IMG/VR virus record: IMGVR_UViG_3300016476_000112
Coordinates: 1 to 35,118 of that record
From: a virus
Taxonomy: Duplodnaviria; Caudoviricetes
DNA length: 35,118 nt
Reading direction: 5' to 3' (one strand)
Positions within the stretch are counted from its first letter, which is position 1. Every line of letters begins with the position of its first letter. Of this stretch, positions 1 to 10,700 are shown piece after piece. The position numbers and the translations under genes were made by a program. The notes beneath the pieces were generated by a model. It was not told the DNA's origin. It made no database searches and was given only the letters and a program-made list of their open reading frames with translations.

Positions 1-276
1 GAGACATACATCGAGCGTTTTGTGGGATTAGACATGGAGGGAAACTATCGTCAGCCTGATGAGATGGGTGATATGCCGTTTAATAAAACCCTTCAAGATT
101 GGGCTAGATTTGATATAAATGACAGAACAAAATTTGATGCGTCAATTAGTTCGGGATATGCTATTATGGCAAATCAAAAGCATGTATATTTGCCTGAGAA
201 AAAAGAGTCAAAAATAAGCATTAAATTTGCAACTTACGATAACACTGGTTCCTTCAGTAGAATTAACAAGATATGA
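1..276 (+). CDS. terL: Terminase large subunit, C-terminal part (5' truncated by window edge)
   Basis: Frame 1 is open from base 1 (ETYIERFVGLDMEG...). It lies immediately upstream of the portal and overlaps it (ATGA). The DWARFDINDRTKFDASISSGYAIMA segment resembles the end of the RNase H-like nuclease domain of Bacteroidota phage terminases. Confidence 0.7.
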   Translation, partial: ETYIERFVGLDMEGNYRQPDEMGDMPFNKTLQDWARFDINDRTKFDASISSGYAIMANQKHVYLPEKKESKISIKFATYDNTGSFSRINKI

Positions 277-2705
277 ACAAACCTCTTGGAATAATAATGC
301 CAGATACCCAATTCCCTTCACAGTTAGCAACTGACGAGGAAAAGGCATCATGGGAATATGGCTTAAGAATTGGGCAAAGCATTTCATACGAATGGTTTGC
401 GAAGACGGGCAATAGCTGCCGCTACTATTCACAATGGATTGATTTCCATAGAGTTAGACTTTATGCTCGTGGCGAACAGCCAATTGCAAAATACAAAAGC
501 CAATTAGAAGTAGATGGCGACATGTCGCATATCAACCTTGATTGGACTCCTGTCCCTATCATTCCTAAGTTTGTTGACATTGTTGTTAATGGGATGAATG
601 ACAGAATGTTTGAGATAAAAGCGTATTCTATAGACCCAATGTCTATCGAAAAACGTTCTAAGTTCCAAGAAATGGTTGAGCAAGATATGATTGCAAAACC
701 TGTTTTAGCTCAAGCAAAAGAATCATTAGGCGTTGATGCATTTAATATCCCTGAGGATGATTTGCCTGAAACACCTCAAGAGTTGTCATTATTCATGCAA
801 CTTAAGTATAAGCCTACTATTGAGATTGCAGAAGAAGAGGCAATCAATACTATCTTAGAAGTTAATCACTACCAAGACGTTCGTAAAAGGGTTGACTACG
901 ATATCACAACAATTGGAATTGGTGTTGTAAAACACTCATTCGTTCCGGGAACCGGTGTTCGTGTTGAGTATGTTGACCCCGCTAACATTGTATATAGTTA
1001 CACTGAGTCTCCAACATTTGAAGATTGTTTCTATTGGGGCGAAGTAAAGCAAGTACCAATCACAGAACTAATTAAGATTAAGCCAGACATCACAAAAGAA
1101 GAATTGGCAGAGATTCAGCAATTAGGAACTGCTTGGTACAATTATTATGGTATTATGCGTCCTTATCGTAGCGACATTTTCAATAGAGATGTAGTTACGT
1201 TATTATATTTTAATTATAAGACAGACAAAACATATGTTTACAAGAAGAAATATCTTGAGAACAATGGTGTTCGTGTAATACAAAAAGATGAAAATTTCAA
1301 CCCTCCTGAAGGAACTGAAGAAAGATTCGAAAGAATTGAAAAGAGAATTGATGTATGGTACGAAGGTATTATGGTACCTGGATCTCCTTATTTACTTAAG
1401 TGGGAGCTTGCTCGCAATATGGTTCGCCCTAAGTCTTCTTCTCAGTATGCCTTACCGAACTACATAGCTGTAGCACCAAGAATGTACAAGGGAATCATTG
1501 AGTCGTTGACTCGTCGTATGATTCCTTTTGCTGACTTAATTCAAATGACCCATCTTAAATTACAACAAGTTCTACAACGTGTTGTACCAGATGGTGTGTT
1601 CATCGATGCTGATGGTATCAACGAGGTTGACTTAGGTACAGGTGGAGCTTACAATCCAGAAGATGCTCTTCGTTTGTATTTCCAAACGGGTAGTGTTATT
1701 GGACGTAGCATGACAACCGATGGCGATTTAAACCATGGACGTATACCTATTCAAGAATTAAATAGTAATAGTGGGCAAGCAAAGATTGCTTCACTAATTG
1801 GAGCATACAATCAATACTTAAGTATGATCCGTGATGTAACAGGATTGAATGAAGCTCGTGATGCTTCTACTCCAAACCCTGATGCATTAGTAGGTGTTCA
1901 AAAACTTGCAGCACTTAACTCAAACACTGCAACTCGCCATATTTTAGAAGGTAGCCAATTCATCTCACGTAAATTAGCTGAAGCATTATCACTTCGTATT
2001 GCTGACGTACTAGAGTACTCCGACTTCAAGGAAGAGTTTGCTATGCAAATTGGTAAGTATGCTGTTAACATGTTGGAGGAAATAAAAGATTTATACCTAC
2101 ATGACTTTGGTATATTTATTGAAGTATCTCCTGATGAAGAAGAAAAAGCTCAATTAGAAGCTAATATTCAGATGGCATTGCAACGTGATCAAATTAGTTT
2201 AGAAGATGCTATTGATATTCGTCAAATGAAGAATATTAAACTAGCTAATGAGTTACTTAAACTAAAGAGAAAGTCTAAGCAAAAATTAGATATGCAGCAA
2301 AAACAAGCTGAGATACAAATGCAGACTCAAGGTAATATTCAGTCTACTCAAGCATCTGCTCAGTCAGCATTACAAAAAGTTCAAGCTGAGGCTGCAGCAA
2401 AAGCACAACTTGCTGAGGCACAAATGAATTTTGACATTCAACGTATGCAAGCAGAGGCTCAGATTAAAGAGCAATTGATGCAGCGTGAATTTGAATATAA
2501 CATGCAATTAAAAGGCATGGAGGTAAGTCAGATTAAACAATTAGATATGGACAAAGAGAAAGCTAAGGACGACCGCACAAAACTCCAAGCTACTCAACAG
2601 TCTAAGTTAATTGAACAACGTCAAAAAGACCTACCTGCTATGAATTTTGAGTCAGAAGAAGACTCGTTAGATGGCTTCGATTTGGAGCAATTTAACCCAA
2701 GATAA
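273..2705 (+). CDS. Portal protein (810 aa) with long Q/A/E-rich C-terminal coiled-coil barrel
   Basis: Size and position between terminase and scaffold/MCP. The 'PIIPKFVDIVVNG' motif and C-terminal helical barrel resemble P22-like and crAss-like portals. Confidence 0.85.
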   Translation: MNKPLGIIMPDTQFPSQLATDEEKASWEYGLRIGQSISYEWFAKTGNSCRYYSQWIDFHRVRLYARGEQPIAKYKSQLEVDGDMSHINLDWTPVPIIPKFVDIVVNGMNDRMFEIKAYSIDPMSIEKRSKFQEMVEQDMIAKPVLAQAKESLGVDAFNIPEDDLPETPQELSLFMQLKYKPTIEIAEEEAINTILEVNHYQDVRKRVDYDITTIGIGVVKHSFVPGTGVRVEYVDPANIVYSYTESPTFEDCFYWGEVKQVPITELIKIKPDITKEELAEIQQLGTAWYNYYGIMRPYRSDIFNRDVVTLLYFNYKTDKTYVYKKKYLENNGVRVIQKDENFNPPEGTEERFERIEKRIDVWYEGIMVPGSPYLLKWELARNMVRPKSSSQYALPNYIAVAPRMYKGIIESLTRRMIPFADLIQMTHLKLQQVLQRVVPDGVFIDADGINEVDLGTGGAYNPEDALRLYFQTGSVIGRSMTTDGDLNHGRIPIQELNSNSGQAKIASLIGAYNQYLSMIRDVTGLNEARDASTPNPDALVGVQKLAALNSNTATRHILEGSQFISRKLAEALSLRIADVLEYSDFKEEFAMQIGKYAVNMLEEIKDLYLHDFGIFIEVSPDEEEKAQLEANIQMALQRDQISLEDAIDIRQMKNIKLANELLKLKRKSKQKLDMQQKQAEIQMQTQGNIQSTQASAQSALQKVQAEAAAKAQLAEAQMNFDIQRMQAEAQIKEQLMQREFEYNMQLKGMEVSQIKQLDMDKEKAKDDRTKLQATQQSKLIEQRQKDLPAMNFESEEDSLDGFDLEQFNPR

Positions 2706-2715
2706 ATTTTATTAT

Positions 2716-2723
2716 TACTTTTG
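2716..2723 (+). promoter_or_regulatory. Bacteroidota sigma70-type -7 promoter element (TACTTTTG)
   Basis: Matches TAnnTTTG in the intergenic gap upstream of the ATG at 2743. Confidence 0.6.
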
Positions 2724-2742
2724 TGCAACTAAATTAAATTAA

Positions 2743-3840
2743 ATGGATAATATTCAAGTAAAACTTGTAGACTTTGAAGAAAAGTCTGTGCAAGAAATCG
2801 AGCAAAAGTTGCTTGATGAGCACGAGCAAAAGATGGCTGAAGATGTAGCCCCTGTTGAGGAAACTCCTGCAGTTACAGAAGAGCCAGTTATTGAGTCGCC
2901 TCAGTTTGGTGACAACGACGTTCTTTCATATTTGAAAACAAAGTTCAACAAGGAGGTTAACTCTTTGGATGAATTATTTGTAGAGAAACCACAACCACAA
3001 CAGGAATTGCTTCCTGAAGATGTCAATGCTTTCTTAAAGTTCAAGAAAGAGACAGGGCGTGGTTTAGAAGATTTCTATCGTGTTAACCAAGATTTTTCTA
3101 AGGTTAGTCCAGAAAGACTTCTTGCTGATTATTTACGTGAGACTAATCCTGATCTTGACGATGAGGATATTGCATTTGAGTATGAATCAAAGTTTGCTTA
3201 CGATGAGGAGTATGATGATGAGAAAGAAGTTAAACGTAAAAAGTTAGCACTTAAAAAAGAACTTGGCAAGGCTGCAAAGTACTTTGAAGAACAAAAGGAA
3301 AAATATAAAGCTCCCCTTGAGTCGAGGATGGATGCTTCAATTCCTGCTGAAGACAAAGAGGCTTTGGAATCTTACAAGCAATATATCAGCCAATCTGCTT
3401 CTATGCAGCAAGAACAGGCTAAAAAGTCGGAGTACTTTATTAATAAGACAAATGAATTGTTCTCCAATGAATTCAAAGGTTTTGATTTTAAGGTTGGAAA
3501 CAAGGAAGTATCTTACAAACCAGGAACTCCAGAGCAGCTGAAAGCTCAACAAACAGACATTTCCAAATTCTTCAGCAATTTCGTTGATGAAAATGGATAC
3601 ATTAAGGATGCTAAACAGTATCACAAAACAATTGCTGCGGCAATGAACCCTGATGCGATGGCCAAATTCTTTTATGATATGGGTAAAGCAGATGCGATTG
3701 AAGACTCAGTTCGTCAAAGTAAGAATATCGATATGAGCGTTAGAAATGCTCCTCAAGCAATCGATAAAGGTGGGTTTAAAGTAACAGCATTGGATAGTGA
3801 TCATGGTAACAGACTTAAGATTAAATCTTTAAAAAACTAA
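2743..3840 (+). CDS. Putative capsid scaffolding/assembly protein (365 aa)
   Basis: Very acidic, helical protein between portal and major capsid protein, the usual scaffold position. Confidence 0.65.
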   Translation: MDNIQVKLVDFEEKSVQEIEQKLLDEHEQKMAEDVAPVEETPAVTEEPVIESPQFGDNDVLSYLKTKFNKEVNSLDELFVEKPQPQQELLPEDVNAFLKFKKETGRGLEDFYRVNQDFSKVSPERLLADYLRETNPDLDDEDIAFEYESKFAYDEEYDDEKEVKRKKLALKKELGKAAKYFEEQKEKYKAPLESRMDASIPAEDKEALESYKQYISQSASMQQEQAKKSEYFINKTNELFSNEFKGFDFKVGNKEVSYKPGTPEQLKAQQTDISKFFSNFVDENGYIKDAKQYHKTIAAAMNPDAMAKFFYDMGKADAIEDSVRQSKNIDMSVRNAPQAIDKGGFKVTALDSDHGNRLKIKSLKN

Positions 3841-3858
3841 AACCAAAAAACAAAAACA

Positions 3859-5274
3859 ATGGCTGGATCAGTTCAAGCTACCCCGGGTTATCAATTAGAG
3901 CCCTCAGCGGTAAAGGCAACATTGCCTACAAACTACATTACTAACTTCGACTTCTTAAACCAGTATCTTCCTGATACTTACGAAGCAGAATTCGAGCGTT
4001 ATGGTAATCGTTCTATTGCATCTTTCTTACGTATGGTAGGTGCAGAATTACCTTCTAACTCTGACTTAATCAAATGGGCAGAGCAAGGTCGTTTACACAC
4101 TAAGTATGTAAACTGTACTTCAGCAGCTGCTGCAGGACAAGATACAGCTGTGTGGACTGTTAACGATGCAGATGTAACTGTTAACTTCCGTGTTAACCAA
4201 ACTGTATTCTTATCTGCTAACACTGGTTCTGCTTCTGATAAAGCGGTTATCACTGCAGTAGATACAACTGCTAACACTTTCACAGTTGCTTACTATGCTG
4301 CTTCAGGACAATCAATCGCTGTAGATACTGCTTCTACTGCATTCGTTTACGGTTCTGAATTCACTAAAGGTTCATTAGGAATGGACGGTTCTTTAGAGTC
4401 TCAAGACTTATTCTTCGAGAACAAGCCAATCATCATCAAGGACAAGTACACTGTATCTGGTTCTGATATGGCTCAAATCGGATGGGTTGAAGTGACTTCT
4501 GAGAATGGTGCTACTGGTTACTTATGGTACATCAAATCTGAGCACGAGACTCGTTTACGTTTCGAAGATTACTTAGAGATGTCAATGGTTGAAGGTGTTC
4601 CTGCAGAAGCTGGTTCAGCAGCTGCTACTTACTTAACTGTTGCTTCTTCTCAAGTACAACCTGGTGCTGCTGGTACTCAAGGTTTATTCAATGCAGTTGC
4701 AGAGCGTGGAAACGTATGGGCAGGTGGTAACCCAACTACTTTGTCTGACTTCGATTCTATCATCCAACGTCTTGACAAGCAAGGAGCAATCCAAGAGAAC
4801 GTTATCTTCTTAAATCGTAAGTTTGGTTTTGATATCGACGATATGTTGGCATCACAAAACTCTTACGGTTCAGGTGGTACTTCTTACGGTTTATTCGACA
4901 ACAGCGAGCAAATGGCGTTAAACTTAGGTTTCACAGGCTTTAAGCGTGGATACGATTTCTACAAGACTGACTGGAAATACTTGAACGATGCTACTACTCG
5001 TGGTGGAATCGTAGGTGGAGCTATCAATGGTATCTTGGTACCTGCAGGTTCTACTAACGTATATGACCAAATCTTAGGAAAGAATGCGAAGCGTCCGTTC
5101 TTACACGTACGTTACCGTGCTTCTGAAACTGAAGATCGTCGTTACAAAACTTGGATTACTGGTTCTGCTGGTGGTGCTCAAACAAGTTCTTTAGATGCAA
5201 TGGAAGTTAACTTCTTATCTGAGCGTGCATTATGTACTCTTGGTGCGAACAACTTCTTCTTGTTCGAGAACTAG
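3859..5274 (+). CDS. Major capsid protein (471 aa, probable HK97 fold with an inserted beta domain)
   Basis: Position and size, strongly biased high-expression codon usage (TTC/AAC/GGT/CGT/ACT), A-rich initiation region and a strong terminator immediately downstream. Confidence 0.85.
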   Translation: MAGSVQATPGYQLEPSAVKATLPTNYITNFDFLNQYLPDTYEAEFERYGNRSIASFLRMVGAELPSNSDLIKWAEQGRLHTKYVNCTSAAAAGQDTAVWTVNDADVTVNFRVNQTVFLSANTGSASDKAVITAVDTTANTFTVAYYAASGQSIAVDTASTAFVYGSEFTKGSLGMDGSLESQDLFFENKPIIIKDKYTVSGSDMAQIGWVEVTSENGATGYLWYIKSEHETRLRFEDYLEMSMVEGVPAEAGSAAATYLTVASSQVQPGAAGTQGLFNAVAERGNVWAGGNPTTLSDFDSIIQRLDKQGAIQENVIFLNRKFGFDIDDMLASQNSYGSGGTSYGLFDNSEQMALNLGFTGFKRGYDFYKTDWKYLNDATTRGGIVGGAINGILVPAGSTNVYDQILGKNAKRPFLHVRYRASETEDRRYKTWITGSAGGAQTSSLDAMEVNFLSERALCTLGANNFFLFEN

Positions 5275-5281
5275 TAAACTT

Positions 5282-5320
5282 AGGGGGAGGCTTCGGTCTC
5301 CCCTTGTTTAATTTTGTTTA
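5282..5320 (+). terminator. Intrinsic terminator after MCP
   Basis: AGGGGGAGGC-TTCG-GTCTCCCCTT stem with a cUUCGg tetraloop followed by a T-rich tract. Confidence 0.8.
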
Positions 5321-5339
5321 AATTTTAAAATCAAATATA

Positions 5340-6086
5340 ATGTCAACTCAGAAAGAATTAAAGGACAAAGTCTATGTCCTTAAAAGAAAAACATTCCCTA
5401 TTAGCTTCATGCTTGCTAGTAGAAATACTAGAAACAAACCATTATTGTACTTCGATTCAAGCAAAGGACTTAACCGTGCATTACGCTATGCAGTTAACCA
5501 AAAGTCACCATTCGAAGATGAACAAGATGGTAATTTCATTTTAGAGCCAATCATCTTTGAAGATGGTTTATTAGCTGTTAATAAGTTCAATCAAGTATTA
5601 CAACAATTCTTGGAGTTTCATCCAGACAATGGTGTATTATTTGAAGAGGTAGATACACAAAAAGATGCTACTAATCAGATTGAGGCTATGTACTCTCAAT
5701 TAGATGCACAGCTTGCTGCACGTGATTTGGATATCAATACGGCAGATGCATTAGGACGTGTATTATTAGGTGCTCGTGTGGATCGTTTAACTACAGAGGA
5801 ATTAAGACGTGATTTAATTTTATATGCACGCAATCACCCTTCAGAGTTTATGAGTATGTTAAATGACCCAGAACTTAAGCTAAATGATATTGCAGCTAAA
5901 GCATTGCAAGATGGTACGTTTGTATTAAAGAACAAGAAACGTGACATCTTCTTTAACCTGCCTGACAATAAGAACAAACTGATGGGAGTTCCGTTTGGAG
6001 AAGACCCAGTTAGATTGCTCGTGTCATGGCTACAGAGCAATGATGGATTAGATACGTACGAGATACTATCTAAAAAATATCGCTAA
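5340..6086 (+). CDS. Virion-module protein of unknown function (248 aa)
   Basis: Long ORF with phage-like codon usage directly after MCP and bounded by terminators. No motif recognised. Confidence 0.6.
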   Translation: MSTQKELKDKVYVLKRKTFPISFMLASRNTRNKPLLYFDSSKGLNRALRYAVNQKSPFEDEQDGNFILEPIIFEDGLLAVNKFNQVLQQFLEFHPDNGVLFEEVDTQKDATNQIEAMYSQLDAQLAARDLDINTADALGRVLLGARVDRLTTEELRRDLILYARNHPSEFMSMLNDPELKLNDIAAKALQDGTFVLKNKKRDIFFNLPDNKNKLMGVPFGEDPVRLLVSWLQSNDGLDTYEILSKKYR

Positions 6087-6090
6087 ATTA

Positions 6091-6120
6091 GGAGGGCACA
6101 TCTAGTGCCCTTTTTTTATT
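6091..6120 (+). terminator. Intrinsic terminator
   Basis: AGGGCAC-ATCTA-GTGCCCT stem followed by a T run. Confidence 0.75.
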
Positions 6121-6127
6121 ATCTTTG
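6120..6127 (+). promoter_or_regulatory. TAnnTTTG promoter element (TATCTTTG)
   Basis: Directly after the terminator and 5 nt before the ATG at 6133. Confidence 0.6.
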
Positions 6128-6132
6128 TCATT

Positions 6133-6825
6133 ATGATAAATTCTGTAAGAGCTACTGTCCTAAATATTATCAATAAGGATAATAATGGGTTTATTACACC
6201 AGAAGAATTCAACAGCTTTGCAAAACAGGCTCAGTTAGAATTGTTCCAACAATACTTCTATGACTTTCAGAAAGCTAAAATTAGCGATATGAAAGGATTA
6301 GAGTCTAGTGGATATTCAGATATCACTAAGCAATTAGACCAAACAATTGACTATTTCTCCAAAAATGAAGACTTAGTTTATAATAGTGGTGATGGTAAAT
6401 TTGATTTGCCTGCTAACTTTTTTTTACTAAATGTATTATACTATAATGGTAAAGAGGTTACTCACGTGGACCAAGGTAAATTATATTATTTGCTTAATTC
6501 CAATTTAACGGCACCTACTGAAACATATCCTACATACGTTATGCAAGGTAATCAAGTAGCTGTTTATCCTGATACGATTACGAATAATATTAATATTTAT
6601 TATGTTCGTTACCCAGCAGATCCAAAGTGGACATATACAGTAGTAAACGGAAGTCCTTTGTTTAATCAATCGGCAAATGACTATCAAGATTTTGAATTAG
6701 CTATATCTGATTTTCCTAAATTAGTGCTTAAGATTTGCCAATATGCCGGAGTTAACATTAGAGAGGCTGATGTAATTCAGGCAGCTAGATTAGAAGAAGC
6801 GTACACTGATCAAAAACAACAATAA
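6133..6825 (+). CDS. Putative head-tail adaptor / tail ring (tubular) protein (230 aa)
   Basis: 'GFITPEEFNSFAKQAQLE' N-terminal helix and 'YYVRYP..PKW' segment resemble crAss-like ring / P22 gp4-like proteins. Gene order agrees. Confidence 0.6.
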   Translation: MINSVRATVLNIINKDNNGFITPEEFNSFAKQAQLELFQQYFYDFQKAKISDMKGLESSGYSDITKQLDQTIDYFSKNEDLVYNSGDGKFDLPANFFLLNVLYYNGKEVTHVDQGKLYYLLNSNLTAPTETYPTYVMQGNQVAVYPDTITNNINIYYVRYPADPKWTYTVVNGSPLFNQSANDYQDFELAISDFPKLVLKICQYAGVNIREADVIQAARLEEAYTDQKQQ

Positions 6826-7721
6826 TGAATCAGGAAAAATATTACACCAATGATGGGGTCACCCCTACCGATGCCAATTGGGGATCGTATCAAAATGTAA
6901 CATTAGGTGATGTTGTTAATAACTTCATCTTGATGTATACTGATGACGGTGACTTATTGAATAATGTCAATAGATATAAAGTTTTGTTCCATGCCAAAAG
7001 AGCTGTACAGGAATTGAACTATGATGGTAATCGCCAAATTAATGCTTTGCAATTAGAAGTTGGGCACGACTTAAAATTTGTATTGCCTCCCGATTATGTG
7101 AACTATGTTCGTGTTTCTTTATTCTGGGGAGGTAACTTATACCCAATGTATGAGAATACTCAGGCTAACTCTTCTACAGAATTCTTGCAAGACGATGAGT
7201 ATCAAATCTTATTTGATGACCAAGGTAATGCTTTGCAAGGAACATCTAAATTAGACTTGTCTCGTATTGACGGAGAGAACTATATGCTTTGCCCATTCAA
7301 TAATCAGTGGGGATGGTATGTAGATGGCTTGTGGTATTTTACTTGGGGATTTGGTGCTGCTTATGGTTTAAATACTGAGGTTGCTAATGTTAATCCAACA
7401 TTCAGAGTAGACAAAGCAGCTGGCGTTATTAACTTTAGCTCAGGTGTATTCAATCAATCTGTGGTATTAGAATATATTTCAGACGGATTGTATCCAGGTG
7501 ACGACAATCAAATCGTTATCAACAAACTAGCAGAAGAATATATTTATTCATATATTAAGTGGGCTATCTTAAACACAAAGGCTAATCAGCCTGAGTATAT
7601 TATTAATAGAGCTCGTAAAGAAAAAGTTTCTAACTGGAGAAACGCAAAGATTAGATTAAGTAATTTACACCCAGGTCGCTTGTTAATGAACATGAGAGGC
7701 CAATCTAAGTGGATTAAGTAA
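6825..7721 (+). CDS. Putative second tail ring / structural protein (298 aa)
   Basis: Translationally coupled (TAATG) to the previous gene. 'VLPPDYVNYVRVS' and 'LEYISDG' segments and position before the nozzle gene. Confidence 0.55.
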   Translation: MNQEKYYTNDGVTPTDANWGSYQNVTLGDVVNNFILMYTDDGDLLNNVNRYKVLFHAKRAVQELNYDGNRQINALQLEVGHDLKFVLPPDYVNYVRVSLFWGGNLYPMYENTQANSSTEFLQDDEYQILFDDQGNALQGTSKLDLSRIDGENYMLCPFNNQWGWYVDGLWYFTWGFGAAYGLNTEVANVNPTFRVDKAAGVINFSSGVFNQSVVLEYISDGLYPGDDNQIVINKLAEEYIYSYIKWAILNTKANQPEYIINRARKEKVSNWRNAKIRLSNLHPGRLLMNMRGQSKWIK

Positions 7722-10700
7722 ATGATAGAACTTCAAAGAAATTTCCTTTCGGGGGTCATGAATAAAGACCTTGACCCTCATTACTTGCCTGATGGTACGT
7801 ATCAAGATGCACTAAATATTATCGTTGGTGATTCAGATGGTTCATTTGATGAGACACAGGGTAGTCATAATGGTGTAGCTCAAAACTATTTAGGCAATAT
7901 TTTGAAGGGAACTGATTATGAGTTAACCAATGCAACATGTATTGGATCACTTGCTTATGAGACTAACAATTCTATATATTGGTTAGTAGCGTCTGATTAT
8001 TTAGATGCTATTTATGAGTATAATGAAACAAATAATACAACAACTCCTGTTCTACAGGCTACTAAAACGCCTACCACAACTTCGTTGCTTGGATTTAACA
8101 AAGAGTTTTTTGTCACAGGTATAAATTATATTAACGGTCTACTTTTTTGGACTGACAATTTGAATCCACCACGCAGAATAAACATTGATAGATGTAAAAA
8201 TTATGCAGTAGATGATTTTACTGAGGCTGATATTAATGTAATATTAGCACCTCCATTGTCTTCTCCTAGTATAAATTTATATACATCAGGTGAATCCAAT
8301 AACTTGGAGAATAAGTTTTTATACTTTTCTTATAGATATAAATATTTAGATAACGAGTATAGTGCATTAGCTCCATTCTCATCTGTTGCATTCTTCCCTA
8401 AACAATATCTTTATGATTATGGGGTTTCAGAGAATGTGTCGATGTCAAATAAATACAATGCAGCTAATATTACCTTTAACTCTGGATCTAAAAACGTAAA
8501 AGAAATACAATTAGTATTTAGAGATACTTTAAATATCAACACATACGTAATTGATAACATTGTCAAGAGTGTTAATAACTACGCAGATAATACAGAGTAT
8601 TCTTATGAATTTAAGAATAACAAAGTGTATACTGTTTTGCCACAAGAACAAATAAATAGATTATTTGATAACGTACCAATAAAAGCTAAGTCTCAAGAAT
8701 TAATTGGTAGTAGGTTGGTATATGGTAATTATACCCAGTTCTTTAATTTGTTAAAATGCAATAAAGAGCCAATTGACCCTGCATTTACTTTATCATTAAC
8801 TACATCTACTGTTACAGGAGGTTATCCGAAACCTACATTTAAAAGTAATAGAGATTATGAAATTGGTATAGAGTACTTAGATGACTACGGTCGTGCTACA
8901 ACTGTTATTGTTCCAACAAATAACACCAATACAATATTTATACCGCCCGCTAACGCAACGGTTGCAAATAATATTAGAATAACAATTGACGGAACTTATG
9001 AGCCTCCTTGTTTTGCTACGCATTATAGATTTATGCTAAAGCAAAATAAACAAGAGTATTATAACTTATTCCCATTAACTTATTTTAAGGATGGTCAGTT
9101 TAAGTGGTTCTTGATTAACCAAGCAGACCAAGATAAAATATCTGTAGGCTCGTACGTATATTTAAAGTCAGCTTCAGATAATACATCAGTACAATATAAA
9201 GTATTAGATATTTTATCACAACCTGAGAATTTTTTGAATACGGCTGATTTAAACCAACCAGCGGGAGTTTACTTTAAATTAAAAATAGAAGATGCTGTTC
9301 TTCCTCCAACTTCCTATTATGCAGATAAAGGTTTTGGATTAAGTGGCATATTAGCTTCCGCTATTGTATTTGATAGATTCAGTGTTGCAGAAAATCCTAT
9401 ATTTTATGGGGCAGGATTAGATGATATGTCTACCGGTGCATCAAATGTGTATACTGGAGTAAATGATGCTCGTTTTTATGTAGAAATAGATGGAGTAAAT
9501 ACATTTAAGTATTATATTACATATAATGCTAACTATAAAGTTCTTGTTGCATCTGGAGTTTCTATAACAGCTGGTGTAGACCAAGTGTTAACATACTCTG
9601 GATTAAGTTGTTCGATAAACTTTGCATCTAGTACAGGTCATACTGTTGGCGACTATTGGGTTGTCAATTGTAGAAGTTTAAACGGATTAAATATTTTCGG
9701 AGGAGATACCGGATATAACCCTCAATTTCACCCTGCTGCATTCTTTACATTTACTGATTGGTCAATTAGTCCTTCGGATGATGAAGATAGACCTATCAAG
9801 GCTGGTGGTATTTTAACATTTAAATACAAAGAAACAGGAGGATCTGACCAATGGATTACTCAAACATTCATATCTAGTAAGAATTATGTTAATATAGAAG
9901 AATGGTATATTGAAGATTCTGCATATGAAAAATGGGTTCAAATAGATAATAGTACAAACCAAAGTATTGGTACTAAAAATGTTTGTTTTAGAAGAGGTGT
10001 TGACTCATCTATTAACCCTCAAAAAATTGCACAAGGTGGATCAATTAGCCCAGCTAGTTTGGTTTATCCTGTATATATGTATTTCTATACCGATCAAAGA
10101 GATGGAGAGTATACGGTAGATACTACATTTACGTTGCAACAATCTGATTCACCATCTCTATTTGAGACAGTTCCAACAGACAACAACCAAGATATATACT
10201 ATGAGCTTACACAAACGTATCCTATTATCGATGGCAATCACTATGGAAATGTTGACAATCAGAATGTTGCATTGGGTTATCCGGCGATAATTGATTTAAA
10301 TACGTTTGATTTCAATGGAGACTTTAATGCATTTACTTTTGGTAACGGAGTAGAAAGTTTTAGAATCAGAGATGACTGGAATTCTGCAACAATGCAGTTT
10401 AGTCCACGTGCTAACTCTACTATTGAGGGTTACGAAGAACAAACACTTGTTCAAGCATTAACTTATAGTGGTGTATATACCCAAACATCAGCAGTTAATA
10501 GACTAAATGAGTTTAACTTATCACTTGGAAACTTTAAATACTTAGATAGATTCTTTGGTTCCATCCAAAAATTATTCTCTCGTGATACAGATTTAGTGGT
10601 ATTCCAAGAGAACAAGGTGTCGAAAGTACTTTATGGCAAAAACTTATTAAGTGACTCTACAGGTGGCGGCGTTGTGGCATCTATTCCTGAGGTATTAGGT

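Noticed and set aside
3263-3541. 92-aa same-strand alternative-frame ORF inside the scaffold gene
   Set aside because: Non-ATG start, K/L/R/S-rich composition typical of an off-frame read of an acidic protein, and no codon anomaly in the main frame.
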